Shown: positions 1 to 10,600 of the stretch, in pieces
Numbering within the stretch: the first letter of the stretch is position 1
Layout: each line of letters begins with the position of its first letter
Source: Bugula neritina
Lineage: Eukaryota; Animalia; Bryozoa
Direction: 5' to 3'
DNA length: 64,000 nt
NCBI GenBank assembly: GCA_964035545.1
Contig: OZ037767.1
Span: 6,774,707-6,838,706, forward strand
Translations under genes and position numbers: made by a program
The notes under the pieces: model-generated
Seen by the model: the letters and a program-made list of their open reading frames with translations, nothing else
Databases searched by the model: none
What the model was told of the DNA's origin: nothing

Positions 1-48
1 CAAACAGGAGGAGACAAATGCATTATTATGCTACGTAATCCCATTACA
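1..48 (-). repeat. Partial 3' LTR of element 1
   Basis: Exact match to 3890-3937; begins TGTAATGG on the minus strand directly after a purine-rich tract. Confidence 0.9.
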
Positions 49-68
49 CCGCCCCCTCCAGCAGAAAG
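49..68 (-). other. Polypurine tract of element 1
   Basis: Minus strand CTTTCTGCTGGAGGGGGCGG abuts the LTR; nearly identical to 54891-54910 in element 2. Confidence 0.75.
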
Positions 69-325
69 CCATACTTTCTGATAAAAACAGAAATAGTATA
101 ATAATGCAAAAATAAAATAAGTAAAGAAAACTCACAAAGAGAAAGAAGAGAAATACCAAATGTATGACATATATAAACATATAAGTAAGATACGGATAGC
201 CAGCGTACAACTGGCCAGCTATGAAGAGAGAGTCCTGGATCGTAGGTCATTAGCAGTCAAGCATTTACACGATCACAACGTAGTATCCCGGGAACATGCG
301 GGATGGAATTGCCAACTGTCAGCTC

Positions 326-1354
326 CTACTTTCGTAGGGATTCAATCCGGTGTCGTGCCTGCCGTGCACGTAGCCTACGCTTTAGGCGTCCTACTGAGCC
401 CTTCAATTCGCTAAGGCCCATTGTGGTACTGAGTAGGTCGGGAGCCAACTGGGTGAGTTCATCCTGTAACCGTGAGAGTCTTTCTTTGACGGTTGCTAGT
501 CGGGTAGGCCTGGTTGGGGTTGGCGTCGCTTCTTCTGGCGAGTCTGATGCTTCCATAGGGGTATTGTCTAGCCGCGGTATGATTGCAGCGACCGTTTTCA
601 CCATAGGGGACTTCTGACGGGCGGCTGTTAGTAATGTATAAAATCCGGAGGATAGTGCGGCCCAGGTTAAAGCCTTCTTAACCATTGGTTTGACCGCTTC
701 TAGGTATTGGTCATAGTTGTCCGCATCTACTACATAGCCCTCGCCTGCGAAACAGTCCATCATGTGAGCCAGGACGGGGTATGGGTACACGTCGTGATAT
801 CCACACGGACAAAACCGTAGTAGGAAGTGTGCATTCACATGCAGCCGTAGTCCTTGGTGTGAGGGAAGCTCTTCGTAACACACGTGGCAGGTGTGTTGTG
901 ACCTACTCGGTCCCCAGGCTTCTTCAATTTGCCGCTCCGTTCGTCGTGACACCCATCTGTGTCTTCGACGCAGCACCGCGGGCAGTCCGTTGTCCATTTC
1001 CGGTCCATTATCCGAGGAGGAGAGAGAGTGTAGGTCCTGTGACCCAGAGTTGGTCGATCGAGTGTGATCTGCAAGAGTATAACAGTGTGAGAGGGTACAC
1101 TGAGTACAACCAGCGTATACAGCCTGGTGGGTACTTAACTCAATTAGACACTCGTGAGACTCAGTTAATGAATAGTTGATCGAAAACACACACTGCTGTA
1201 ACAGACTGTTGAGTCTTAGAGTCAATGTGAATTCTCACCACTAAAAATCATTACCGAGTCTCCAGCTTACTTTATTATAGTTAAGCTGATTAATACAGTT
1301 TAGTTCTCGTACCAAAAACATAACTAACTCACCCCTCGATTCTTGGCAAGCCAT
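326..1354 (-). CDS. Retrotransposon accessory ORF3: zinc-finger/coiled-coil protein; predicted exons 1354-1333 and 1068-326, 254 aa
   Basis: CHVC-x12-HVNAH C2H2 finger, second CPC...H...C cluster and C-terminal heptad coiled coil; clearly homologous to the ORF at 55183-56037. ATG micro-exon MACQESR, G|GTGAGT donor and TTGCAG|AT acceptor join in frame. Confidence 0.75.
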
Positions 1355-1383
1355 TGTGAATGAGAGTGGTATGTTTATGAATT

Positions 1384-3468
1384 CTACGTACGTCTACTCA
1401 AAGCTGTATTAATGTGGTGAAAGAGCGAGCAGCGTGGTTGTGAAACGTGACTATGACTTATTACCTCCGGCGTATGAATCTTATTTGAATTTCCGCCGAG
1501 GCAAAAGTTGATATTTTCGTGGTGCTCACAACTCCCACGCTCTGCTCCCTTCCCCTCACGGCGTCTCGTAGGACGTTTGACCGCGCCCTTAACGGAACGT
1601 GGTAAGTCCTTGCGATACGCGGGGCCTGGTTTAGGACACCGTTTCCAAGGTGTCGTCACTAACCAAGGCGGTTTACGCACCCGTGGACGGTCACGTCGCT
1701 TGGGTGGTGCCTCCAGCCAGTTTGTGACAAATGGAGCTTTCCTAGCATCTCCGTTCGGAGCCTGGGGAAGTGTTGTCTCCAGCCATGGTGGTTTACGCAC
1801 CCGTGGACGGTCACGTCTCACAGGTGGTGCTTCCAGCCAATTTGTGCCAAATGGAGCTTTCCCAGTACCTCCGCACGGAGCCCCTCCCTTGGGGGGTTTT
1901 TGCACTTCCAGGTCGGTTCCTGACCTAGGAAGTGGCGGTGGCGGCTTGCACGCTAACGGCGGTGAGCGCACTTCCTTGGACGGGTGTGGCTTTTCCTGCC
2001 TCGCCACTGCTTTGGGTTGCATACTAGGCGGTTTGTCGACCAGGTTAGCAGTCTCCGTCTGCCCGGGTCTTTCTGCACTTTGCCTTCGCCGCCCTACCTC
2101 GTCAGTAGGGGGGCCGTGCTTACTGACCCGGCAGACTCCGCACTGCCCAACGCTGTGTCGTACATCACGCTCCATGTGAGGCCAATACCACCAGAGTTGT
2201 AGTTCGGTGAACACCTGTTGGGCTCCCCCATGAGCCTGTTGGTATACCTCTTCTATCAACTCTTGGCGGATGGCGGCAGGACAGAGGGTCCTCTCCTGGT
2301 CTGGCTGGTGATGGTTATCGGCCAAAGATATGGTCAGTAGACCATCCGGCCCGATCCGCAGTGCGTTCCAACGTCGGCAGTACAGCTGCCACTCAGGGCA
2401 GCCCTGCTTCCGTTGTCTGTCACTGGGTCGTCGCCTTTCCTGTTTCATTCGATAGACGTCGGCTACCACCCCCGGAATAATTTCCTGGAGGTGTCCTAGC
2501 TCCTTGACGCCATCGGTTGAGACAGGTTCGGCGTGGGGGTCCTGTGCCACTGCTGGGGGCATGTCAGGATCCCCAAGGTGAGGTGTAGCCTCGGTTTTGT
2601 GTAGTGACGTGGCCGTCTCTGGGCGCTGTTCGTCACCCACGCAACCGTCTGATGTTCCCCCACGGGTCTCCTGGCTGTGGGGTGAGGCAGTCCTTTGCCC
2701 GGAGGGCGGCTTCTCTAGAGGACTTTTCATCGCGGTTTCCCGCGATGGCCTGCTGTCATCTTCTTGAACAGAAGGAGTACAGCTTGGTGGAGAGGTGGGT
2801 GGTAGGCTCACTGGTTCTGAGGGGGAGTGGAGGCATGGCACCGAGGTCTTTCCTTTCCGTGTCAGCTGGTTAGAGCTGCGGACAGGTGGGACTTCCGGGT
2901 GCGCGCTCTCTACAGCTCCCGGCTTGGAGGTACGGCCATCGTCTACCTTGCGGTGGACGGTGCCCCGGGAGTGGCCAGGCATAGTACAGGTACGTACTAT
3001 CGGCTCTTCTCCCGTTGGGGGACGGCTGTGGACCCGCCGCGGAGGGGAAGACGGCGCCCCGTACGGCGTCTTTGTCCTCTCCCTCACAGTGTCTGAGGTC
3101 GGCAGCTCATCGAGTCCGTCTCGGAGTGGCTCCCGGTGGTGCGGCTTGGGTCTAATCCCCCTTCGAGGCTTCTTCGTCGGCCCGCAGGGTGCGGGGGCCG
3201 TAGAGGGCTCCGTGTCTATGGCGGAGATGCCAAAACGGACCCGCAGGGAAGCGAAGATACCGGCCACGTCAGTTCCCTCGCCGCATGGCTTGGCCTTGTC
3301 CGCCAACGCTGTCCTAAGCTTGAGCAACGCCATTCTTGGTGGCCACCGTGCAAAGTTCCGCAGATCTTGAAAAGTTTGAATGAATTGTTCTACTGATTCT
3401 TTACCTGTAAAGGTGGGTATCTTCAGCCGATATATAGTCTCCTCGAATCCTATAACAACTCTCACCAT
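1384..3468 (-). CDS. Fused Gag-Pol remnant ORF (694 aa): Gag N-terminus, Pol linkers, integrase zinc-binding region, Pol tail
   Basis: Segments YRLKIPTFTG...FGISAID (Gag), VRTCTMPGHSRGTVH (post-protease), PGVVADVYR...WYWPHMERDV...CGVC (integrase N-terminal domain) and GSCEHHENINFC (tail) match element 2. No DSG, YLDD, TDAS or DDE motifs. Confidence 0.75.
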   Translation of the reverse strand: MVRVVIGFEETIYRLKIPTFTGKESVEQFIQTFQDLRNFARWPPRMALLKLRTALADKAKPCGEGTDVAGIFASLRVRFGISAIDTEPSTAPAPCGPTKKPRRGIRPKPHHREPLRDGLDELPTSDTVRERTKTPYGAPSSPPRRVHSRPPTGEEPIVRTCTMPGHSRGTVHRKVDDGRTSKPGAVESAHPEVPPVRSSNQLTRKGKTSVPCLHSPSEPVSLPPTSPPSCTPSVQEDDSRPSRETAMKSPLEKPPSGQRTASPHSQETRGGTSDGCVGDEQRPETATSLHKTEATPHLGDPDMPPAVAQDPHAEPVSTDGVKELGHLQEIIPGVVADVYRMKQERRRPSDRQRKQGCPEWQLYCRRWNALRIGPDGLLTISLADNHHQPDQERTLCPAAIRQELIEEVYQQAHGGAQQVFTELQLWWYWPHMERDVRHSVGQCGVCRVSKHGPPTDEVGRRRQSAERPGQTETANLVDKPPSMQPKAVARQEKPHPSKEVRSPPLACKPPPPLPRSGTDLEVQKPPKGGAPCGGTGKAPFGTNWLEAPPVRRDRPRVRKPPWLETTLPQAPNGDARKAPFVTNWLEAPPKRRDRPRVRKPPWLVTTPWKRCPKPGPAYRKDLPRSVKGAVKRPTRRREGKGAERGSCEHHENINFCLGGNSNKIHTPEVISHSHVSQPRCSLFHHINTALSRRT
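1667..1862. repeat. Direct repeat with 120-bp period inside the element 1 ORF
   Basis: GGTTTACGCACCCGTGGACGGTCACGTC...CAAATGGAGCTTTCC occurs twice, encoding KAPFxTNWLEAPPxRRDRPRVRKPPWL twice. Confidence 0.85.
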
Positions 3469-3574
3469 ATCCCAACTTGGCGGGGTCTACAGGTGTAACA
3501 ATGTCATCTTCCTCCTCTTCACTTAGTGGCATGAGTAGTTCCGTAGCTCTTTCTTTCATCTTGAAATACGCGAA

Positions 3575-3592
3575 ATCCCACTGCTGCCACCA
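3575..3592 (-). promoter_or_regulatory. Primer binding site, tRNA-Leu type
   Basis: Minus strand TGGTGGCAGCAGTGGGAT, 1 nt from the LTR; one mismatch to the element 2 PBS; complementary to the ...AUCCCACCGCUGCCACCA 3' end of metazoan tRNA-Leu(AAG). Confidence 0.85.
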
Positions 3593-3593
3593 C

Positions 3594-3937
3594 TGTTGTG
3601 AGTTTTAGCACAATTATCAAGCGTGGATTGCCTGCGTATTTAGTTTCAATTTAACTAGCAACTACTAACAGAGCTTGCGTACGATAACCTTTATTTAATT
3701 CGATAAACATAATTATAACAGTATGTCAAAACCACAATACATCAATCAATTATAAACACGTCTAGCTACTACGAGCCCCTGCTCTCAACACACATGGTTT
3801 CTGCTAGCTAACCCGCGAACAGTCACTTGACCGGAACCTTGTCTTCCGGTCCTTCTGATTGGATAGTAAAACATAGTTATAAGTATTCCCAAACAGGAGG
3901 AGACAAATGCATTATTATGCTACGTAATCCCATTACA
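3594..3937 (-). repeat. 5' LTR of element 1 (344 bp)
   Basis: TG...CA termini, adjacent PBS, minus-strand AATAAA near 3690; its last 48 bp equal bases 1-48. Confidence 0.88.
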
Positions 3938-4612
3938 CCGGTCATGATTATGATAAATTTATTACATTTACTGTCTGAATTTTTATAGGGTAAATATTAA
4001 ATTTTGTTTATGATGATATAAGAGATTAAATAATTATAATGATACTGCTAGTAATAATAACAATCTGAGTGGTTCAATATGAATAATATTTTAGTACTAT
4101 TAATTATCATAAAATTAAACTATCATAATAATGATTATCCTTAATGTTAACATTTGGATGATCTTATTTAAATTATATAGATTTGTTATTACTATTAGTA
4201 TTTGTCATTAAATAAGTCGTGTGGCCTATTTTAGGTATAATTTCTGCTTAATGCCTAGTTAAGTCATAAACGCACTTGTTTTTTGTGACTAAACTAAAAA
4301 TTAAGAGTTAAGGGAAATTGTTTCGACTCACTCTGAATTTGTACACATCATGATCATCAATATTAGTATAACAGTAACTGTAGTCATTGCAGCTGTAATA
4401 CAACATTTTAGTGTTAAATTTCATAGCCATTATCATGTTTATATTGATTTTCATCTCTCTGCAATTGATATGTCTATTTTAGGGGAAAATGCTAATCACC
4501 TAATACATGAAAATGAAAGAGAAACTTGTTCCATTTCAGCAGCAGAATTATTTTTAGAAACAGAATAAGTGAAGTTTTCTTTTTGGTGACTACAGACAAA
4601 CATCGCTCAAAC

Positions 4613-7600
4613 ATGTCTTTGTTCCCTTGTATTGATTATGAAAAAGATACTTCTTCAGTTAATGACGAAGCCATCAAAGGTAATTTATCATATGATAATA
4701 ACTGTATGTGTAGTAAAGGTAATTCATTTAATTAAAATCCAATATTCAGTTTAACAAATGCATCCTAAGTGCCATCACAACAAATGTAGTAAATTGAAGC
4801 TTTAATCTAAACATGTTCATGTCAATTAAATAATAATGTTAATATTTGATAATAAGGCTAATTAAATTTTATCAAGCTAAATCACCTGCATACAGTAATG
4901 ATAGCTTTTAGCTATAAATTTAAAGTTGATACATTTGGAAAATATAAAATTTCAAGTTAGTGAACTTTGAACATTTTTATTTATCTAAACTCTCAGTTAA
5001 GCAATTTTTCATTGAATTGAATTTTTGTATTTTAAATCTTATAAGTTTTTATTTTGAGGTAAATAGATCCATAATGATCGGGCTTCTAATTCATGGGATA
5101 CATTTTAGTTTAATATCATTTTAGCTAGATATGTTTTTCCAAGTTGTCACTATTATTATCAGACTGGTTATGAGTTGAGGCTGGACTGCAGAGGTGCCCA
5201 AACTTAATAGACAGATTTAATTAAAAATAGTTTGTTTTGCCTTTTGTTTTATTTCAATTATTTTGTCAATTTTCAAAATCTTTGCTTGGTGATACTTGTG
5301 TGAATTAGATCTATGTTAACAAGTCTCAACAATAGTTTCACTATTATATATATTATGCATTTGCGAGCAACCAAAATATGCAGATACTAATTTTAGTTCA
5401 TCAAAAATATTGTGAATGTTTGTTTTAAAAAAATTAATTTAACCAAATAGTCTTTATAATATTAAGGCAATTATGAAAACATTCCTATTAGTCATTACAT
5501 TTAGGCTATGCATATTGTTTGATTTTTAGAACAAAGTAAAAATTGGCTTCAAGTTTCTAGTTTTAAGGCCGAGCTTATTGTGCCAGCAAAGCAGCTATCA
5601 CCAGAGCCATCACAAGCAGTGAATTCCTTGACCGGTTCGTAGACAACAACCATGTTTATAGCTAAACATTAATGTTCTTTATAAATAGAGAACAGAATAT
5701 GTAATTATAATTAATGAATTGATAAAAATTTTTTAGGTAATAGCGTTGATTATAGAGTAGCAAATTTTCTTATATTATTCTAATGCAGTTCAAGAACCCA
5801 ATGCTGAAATTATCCAGCCTTCCCTAACCAAGCTAGTTGAATCTAACGTTGCCCAAAGTGATGATACTTCTCAATATCATCACACACAGAAGAAACATAA
5901 GTCTCACAGTAAAAAACATAGTAACAAAAAGAAACGGAAGCGTGAAAGGTAATTGCACAGGTGAAAGTCTGCTTAATGAAAAATTGATGTGAAAACTTTA
6001 ATTATTAAGTGTTTTAATGAAATCTATTTTATTGTATACTCTTCTACATAATTGGTTTAAAAATTACCAACCATGAAGTAAAATACAGTGAAAACTTTCC
6101 TGTTATTAATAGCATACATATTATAATAAATTAGTTTTTAAATTAGAAAAGCTGTGACATTTTGTGTTCTTTTTATTGTGCAGCTGCTGAGCCTTTCTCA
6201 AGCTGAACTTGATTGGTTGTGCTGAAAGCTCAAAAAATTATCAAACTAATTTTTTTGCCGATAAAACTTCTATTACTTTTTATCCATGTCACGTTTTGGG
6301 GTTAGCAGGTCCCGGAGTAGGAGTCCGGCTAAAGTTTCAGTTCCTCGGAGCAAAGTGTTCCTGGAGGAGGTGAAAGATCTGGGTTATGATGACCATCACA
6401 GAGTTGATAACAGACCGGATAAAGACAATTACAGCTTCGGGTCACTAAATAAGAAGCACATATCTAAATATAGAACTCATGCTAAAGTATGTATTTTTAA
6501 AACCCAGAGCCGTATATAGTTTTTCGGTTATCATATTCTCTCACTTGCAAGTAACTGTTGCGCCCAGTCAAGCAGAGTAAGGCTAATTCGGTTCTTTTAC
6601 AATACTTAATTGGATCTTATTTGAAATACTGTTCATTATACAAGAAGTATTTCATGAATAGGTGCCTCTGGGACTCACTCGTGCACAAGCGTTCAGGTGG
6701 AGGAAGGCAACACAACAATTCTCTGAGCCTATCAGGTGTGATCATGACTTACAAACCTTGTTTGATTTTCATTTTTTCCTGTCCTTTTTAGATTGTTAGT
6801 TTAAGTAGGACATAACATTTGTTAGTTGAGCTTGCATATTCAGATGGCTATAGTAGAGCTATCTGTGATTTATTTGTTCCAGTTTAGGTTTGAAGTTGGT
6901 TATAATTGGTGTACCTAAGAAATCATACTTTTAATGGCATGTATAAATGTCTAAGGGTTTGGTGCTAAACTATGAGTTTTTGAATAGCCATATATCAGTT
7001 GTTGACTTGATATTGAAACTATTATTAGATATCACTCCAAATCAGTGAGAAAAGATGTGTATGAGCCAGGTAGTCAAGTGGAATTAACCATATCCACCCC
7101 TGTAATCGGCTCTTGGGGTCAGTTTGTTGGCCTGCCGCCAATAGCAGAGGCACCAGATGGTAAGTTGTTATAACTAGTAGATGATTAATTTATATTTTAA
7201 GGTATCTAAGTTTTCAAGTGTTCATGAGCGTTGATTCAAATTTATAATATAAATCTGAATAATTTAAAACTGTTCAGATAATAGAAGGTGGCACAGATTT
7301 ATATTTAAGTTGTTGACTAACAAGAATGAACTTCATATTTATTTCAAAATATCAGATGATCACTAAAACTGAGATGCAATTTGAGTTCAAATAGCTTGTT
7401 TTTGTGTTGTGGGCTCAGGTATTGAACAGCCTCTGATATATATTATGGACTTCAAAACGTAATATGCATGTACCTTCTTGCATTAGTCCTCTGTTTGAAT
7501 CTGGTTGTTCTTTGTAGTTCTTGGTCAATCACTCAATGCATAGCTCTGTTTTCTCTTAAATAAACAGCATTCTGTAGGAATATAGTACTATTACGTAGGT

Positions 7601-10600
7601 AAGAAGACATCAGCTAACCCACTAGGTATACTGGACTCCTCAACTCTGCTATGGACTCAGGGTAAAGCACCAAAGTCAGCTGGTGCTGATGTTGAAGTTA
7701 TGTCATCATATTTATCATCCAATGCAGCTCAAAAGATAGCAGCCATCAACAGGTGATTGCAAGTATTCATAAATACTAACTATTTTCATATAATATGCAG
7801 GTTAATTTTGTCAAAGTTTTTTTTTTAACCTGCTTCAGTATAGCTGACCAAATTTGCACAGTTATTTCATCATCTGTTCAGTATTAAGGATTTATCTCGG
7901 AAGTTATGAGTGTTATTATATTTATTTATTTTAGTTTATTTAGTAATATTATTTATTTATATTATTACATATACACACATGTAATGTTTATATATATATT
8001 GTATATCATCTGTATATTTGTATTCCTAGTATGTATATTACGCCTTGCTAGTAGTTCTGCCAGATTGTAACAGATACTGAACTCCCTGTAGACATCTAAT
8101 AACAGTGACCAATGAGTATTTACTGTGTTATATAGTGAGCTGAGAGAGGACTCTGGTAATACCGAGCTCTGGCTAAGACTCATCAGTGCCCAAGATGGCC
8201 TCCTGCAGCAGCGTACGGAAGATGGCAACTCCAAACTGTTCACTCACCAGAATATTATTGACAAGAAATTAGCCATCATTGAGCAAGCAATTAAGAAGAA
8301 CCCAGGCAACCTACACCTCAAGGTTTATATTAAATAACCAGTAAACTCAGTGTGAATGTTCAAGTAGTTTTCAGAGATTCACCTGTTTTTGCAGTGAAGT
8401 CCGTTCAGCTTCAATATAATGTCAAATAGAGCCTCTGCTATGCTTACAGTTATATATATGAAAGTTTACTTTATCTACTTGCACTTTCCTTGTATAACAG
8501 TGTGAATGATCAGTATTTTCAGAACAAGTCGTAGATTCAGCTTCATAATGTGATATCATAGCCTACAGGCTATACACATACTATTCATATACACTTACTA
8601 TACATAATTATACACTTACTATTCATATACACATACTATGCATTTACACTTACTATACATATACACTTACTATACATATACACTTACTATACATATACAC
8701 TTATTATACATTTACACTTACACCATACATTTGCACTTACTATACATATACACTTACACCATACATATACACTTACTATACATATACACTTACTATACAT
8801 ATACATTTACTATGCATATACACTTACACCATACATTTACATTTACACTGACTATTGTACTCTTACTATACATTTGCCTTACATGTAGGTCATTTTACTT
8901 TATTTACTAGTAAATTGGGACCACAAATGAAAATACTACTTAAAATTTATTGTTTTTGATTAAATTGATTTTTTTTGATGAATTACAAACCGATATATTA
9001 GTAGCTATAGTTATTACAAAATAGACGAAAAATGAGGATATTCAGTGTATACTAAATAAAATAAGGTGACTCATACATCACACACTCATCTACGTTATTC
9101 AAGTGCTGATTGCTTTAGCTCAAGAAGTTAGAGTTATCAGGGAAGATTCTAGACTGGCAGGAGCTGAGTCAAGAATGGAAGAACTTGACATTCACTCATA
9201 TTAATGACATTGATGTGTGGAGAGGCTACTTGAATCATGTTAAGAACTCATTTGCCAAGTAAGTTGTCGTAGAATATATATTATATATATATTTGTTTAG
9301 TGGTTGCTATAGTTACATATAGTATGATTTCCTTCGGGTTACAAATTGTACAGTTTAATGCTGTGATTTATAGCAGAACAGTCTTATTAAATGCACACAT
9401 AGATTGATAAACTTGAAATGCATGAGAGTCATGGCAGTTGTACTAAACCAATCACACTGTTTGCATATTGCACAAATGAGTTTGATTTAAGCTACCAAGT
9501 ATTTACCAAGCAATAAATTTCATAGAGGCAATAACTCTCATTCTTTTTCACTTGATTTGTCATTAAGGAGCTCTGTGGTGCTCCTTCATATGTTCCTCTC
9601 ATTGTTATATACTCTGTAACCAACTCAAGTCTGCCGTTAATGTCTTCAGCTTCACTGTGGGAGTGATGCAGGCAGCTTACACCAAGTGTATCAAGTCACT
9701 TCGTCAAGTCAGTCAAGGCATGCTCAAGTCTCATCCCTGTCAGCCCAACACAGTAGAACATATGATAGGTCTGTAAGTTTATATTATAGCATCTTCTTAT
9801 ATGTTTATACACATAATTTGGTCCAATTATTACAAAAGGCTTTGACTTGCAAACATCCACATTCAAACAACTCAATAACTTTGCTGCGTATAAATGTGTG
9901 TTGTTTGACAGTCCACGATGGCTCTGATTTCAATAAGCTTTTAGTGATACAAACTTTCTCTGAATACTCAATGAAAATTGTAAATTTTGAACTTCTATTT
10001 TGTGTTGTTTTTAGTGATACGTATCAGACATATGCTCACGGTTTTTTGTATAAATTCTAAGTATTAATTGTAATATTTTTGTTTCTACTTTTTTGTTTTA
10101 TTTTTCTTTTTGTTTTAGAAATTTTGTTGGAGTTATGTGACCTGTTAAACTTGGCCAACTGCACAGAAAAGGCTGTCGCTATTGTCCAATCAATGATAGA
10201 GTTCAATCTGTATCGCCCAGCATCATTGGACAGTCATAAAGCAGCCATCGAATCATTTCAGGAGTTCTATGATTCTGGTGAGAGCCAAGACTCTACATAA
10301 CTACATGTCTGATATTTGTCTGTTGATGAGTTGAATTTAAATCATACCTTTGTGGTATATTTGACTAATCTATTTTGATGGACAAATTCGTTAAACTAGT
10401 TTGACAAAAAATTTATGAAATCCTTATCAAATATTGAATTATATTTTAACAGAAGGGTTGAAGTCACTTCAACATTAATAGTATAAATTATAAACCCGAA
10501 AGCCAACTTGAAATTAAATAAAATATTAAAATTGGAATTTTCTGTTAGAATGAACCTGATCACATGATTACTATTCAAAGCCTGTCACTATGTGCTATAT

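Larger units (their letters stand above)
1..3937 (-). mobile_element. Non-autonomous, internally deleted Ty3/Gypsy LTR retrotransposon (3' LTR cut by window start)
   Basis: Bases 1-48 are identical to 3890-3937 (LTR ends). PBS at 3575-3592 and PPT-like tract from 49. The internal ORF aligns piecewise to Gag and Pol of the full element at 54582-62094 but lacks the protease, RT, RNase H and integrase core. Confidence 0.92.

Noticed and set aside
303-617. Plus-strand ORF similar to 55205-55456
   Set aside because: Antisense shadow of ORF3; starts and stops differ between the two elements.
1508-3396. Long plus-strand ORFs over element 1 (and likewise 56531-61514)
   Set aside because: Expected antisense ORFs in GC-rich coding DNA; no motifs.
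3575-3592. tRNA gene
   Set aside because: Only an 18-nt 3'-end match, which is the PBS; no cloverleaf.
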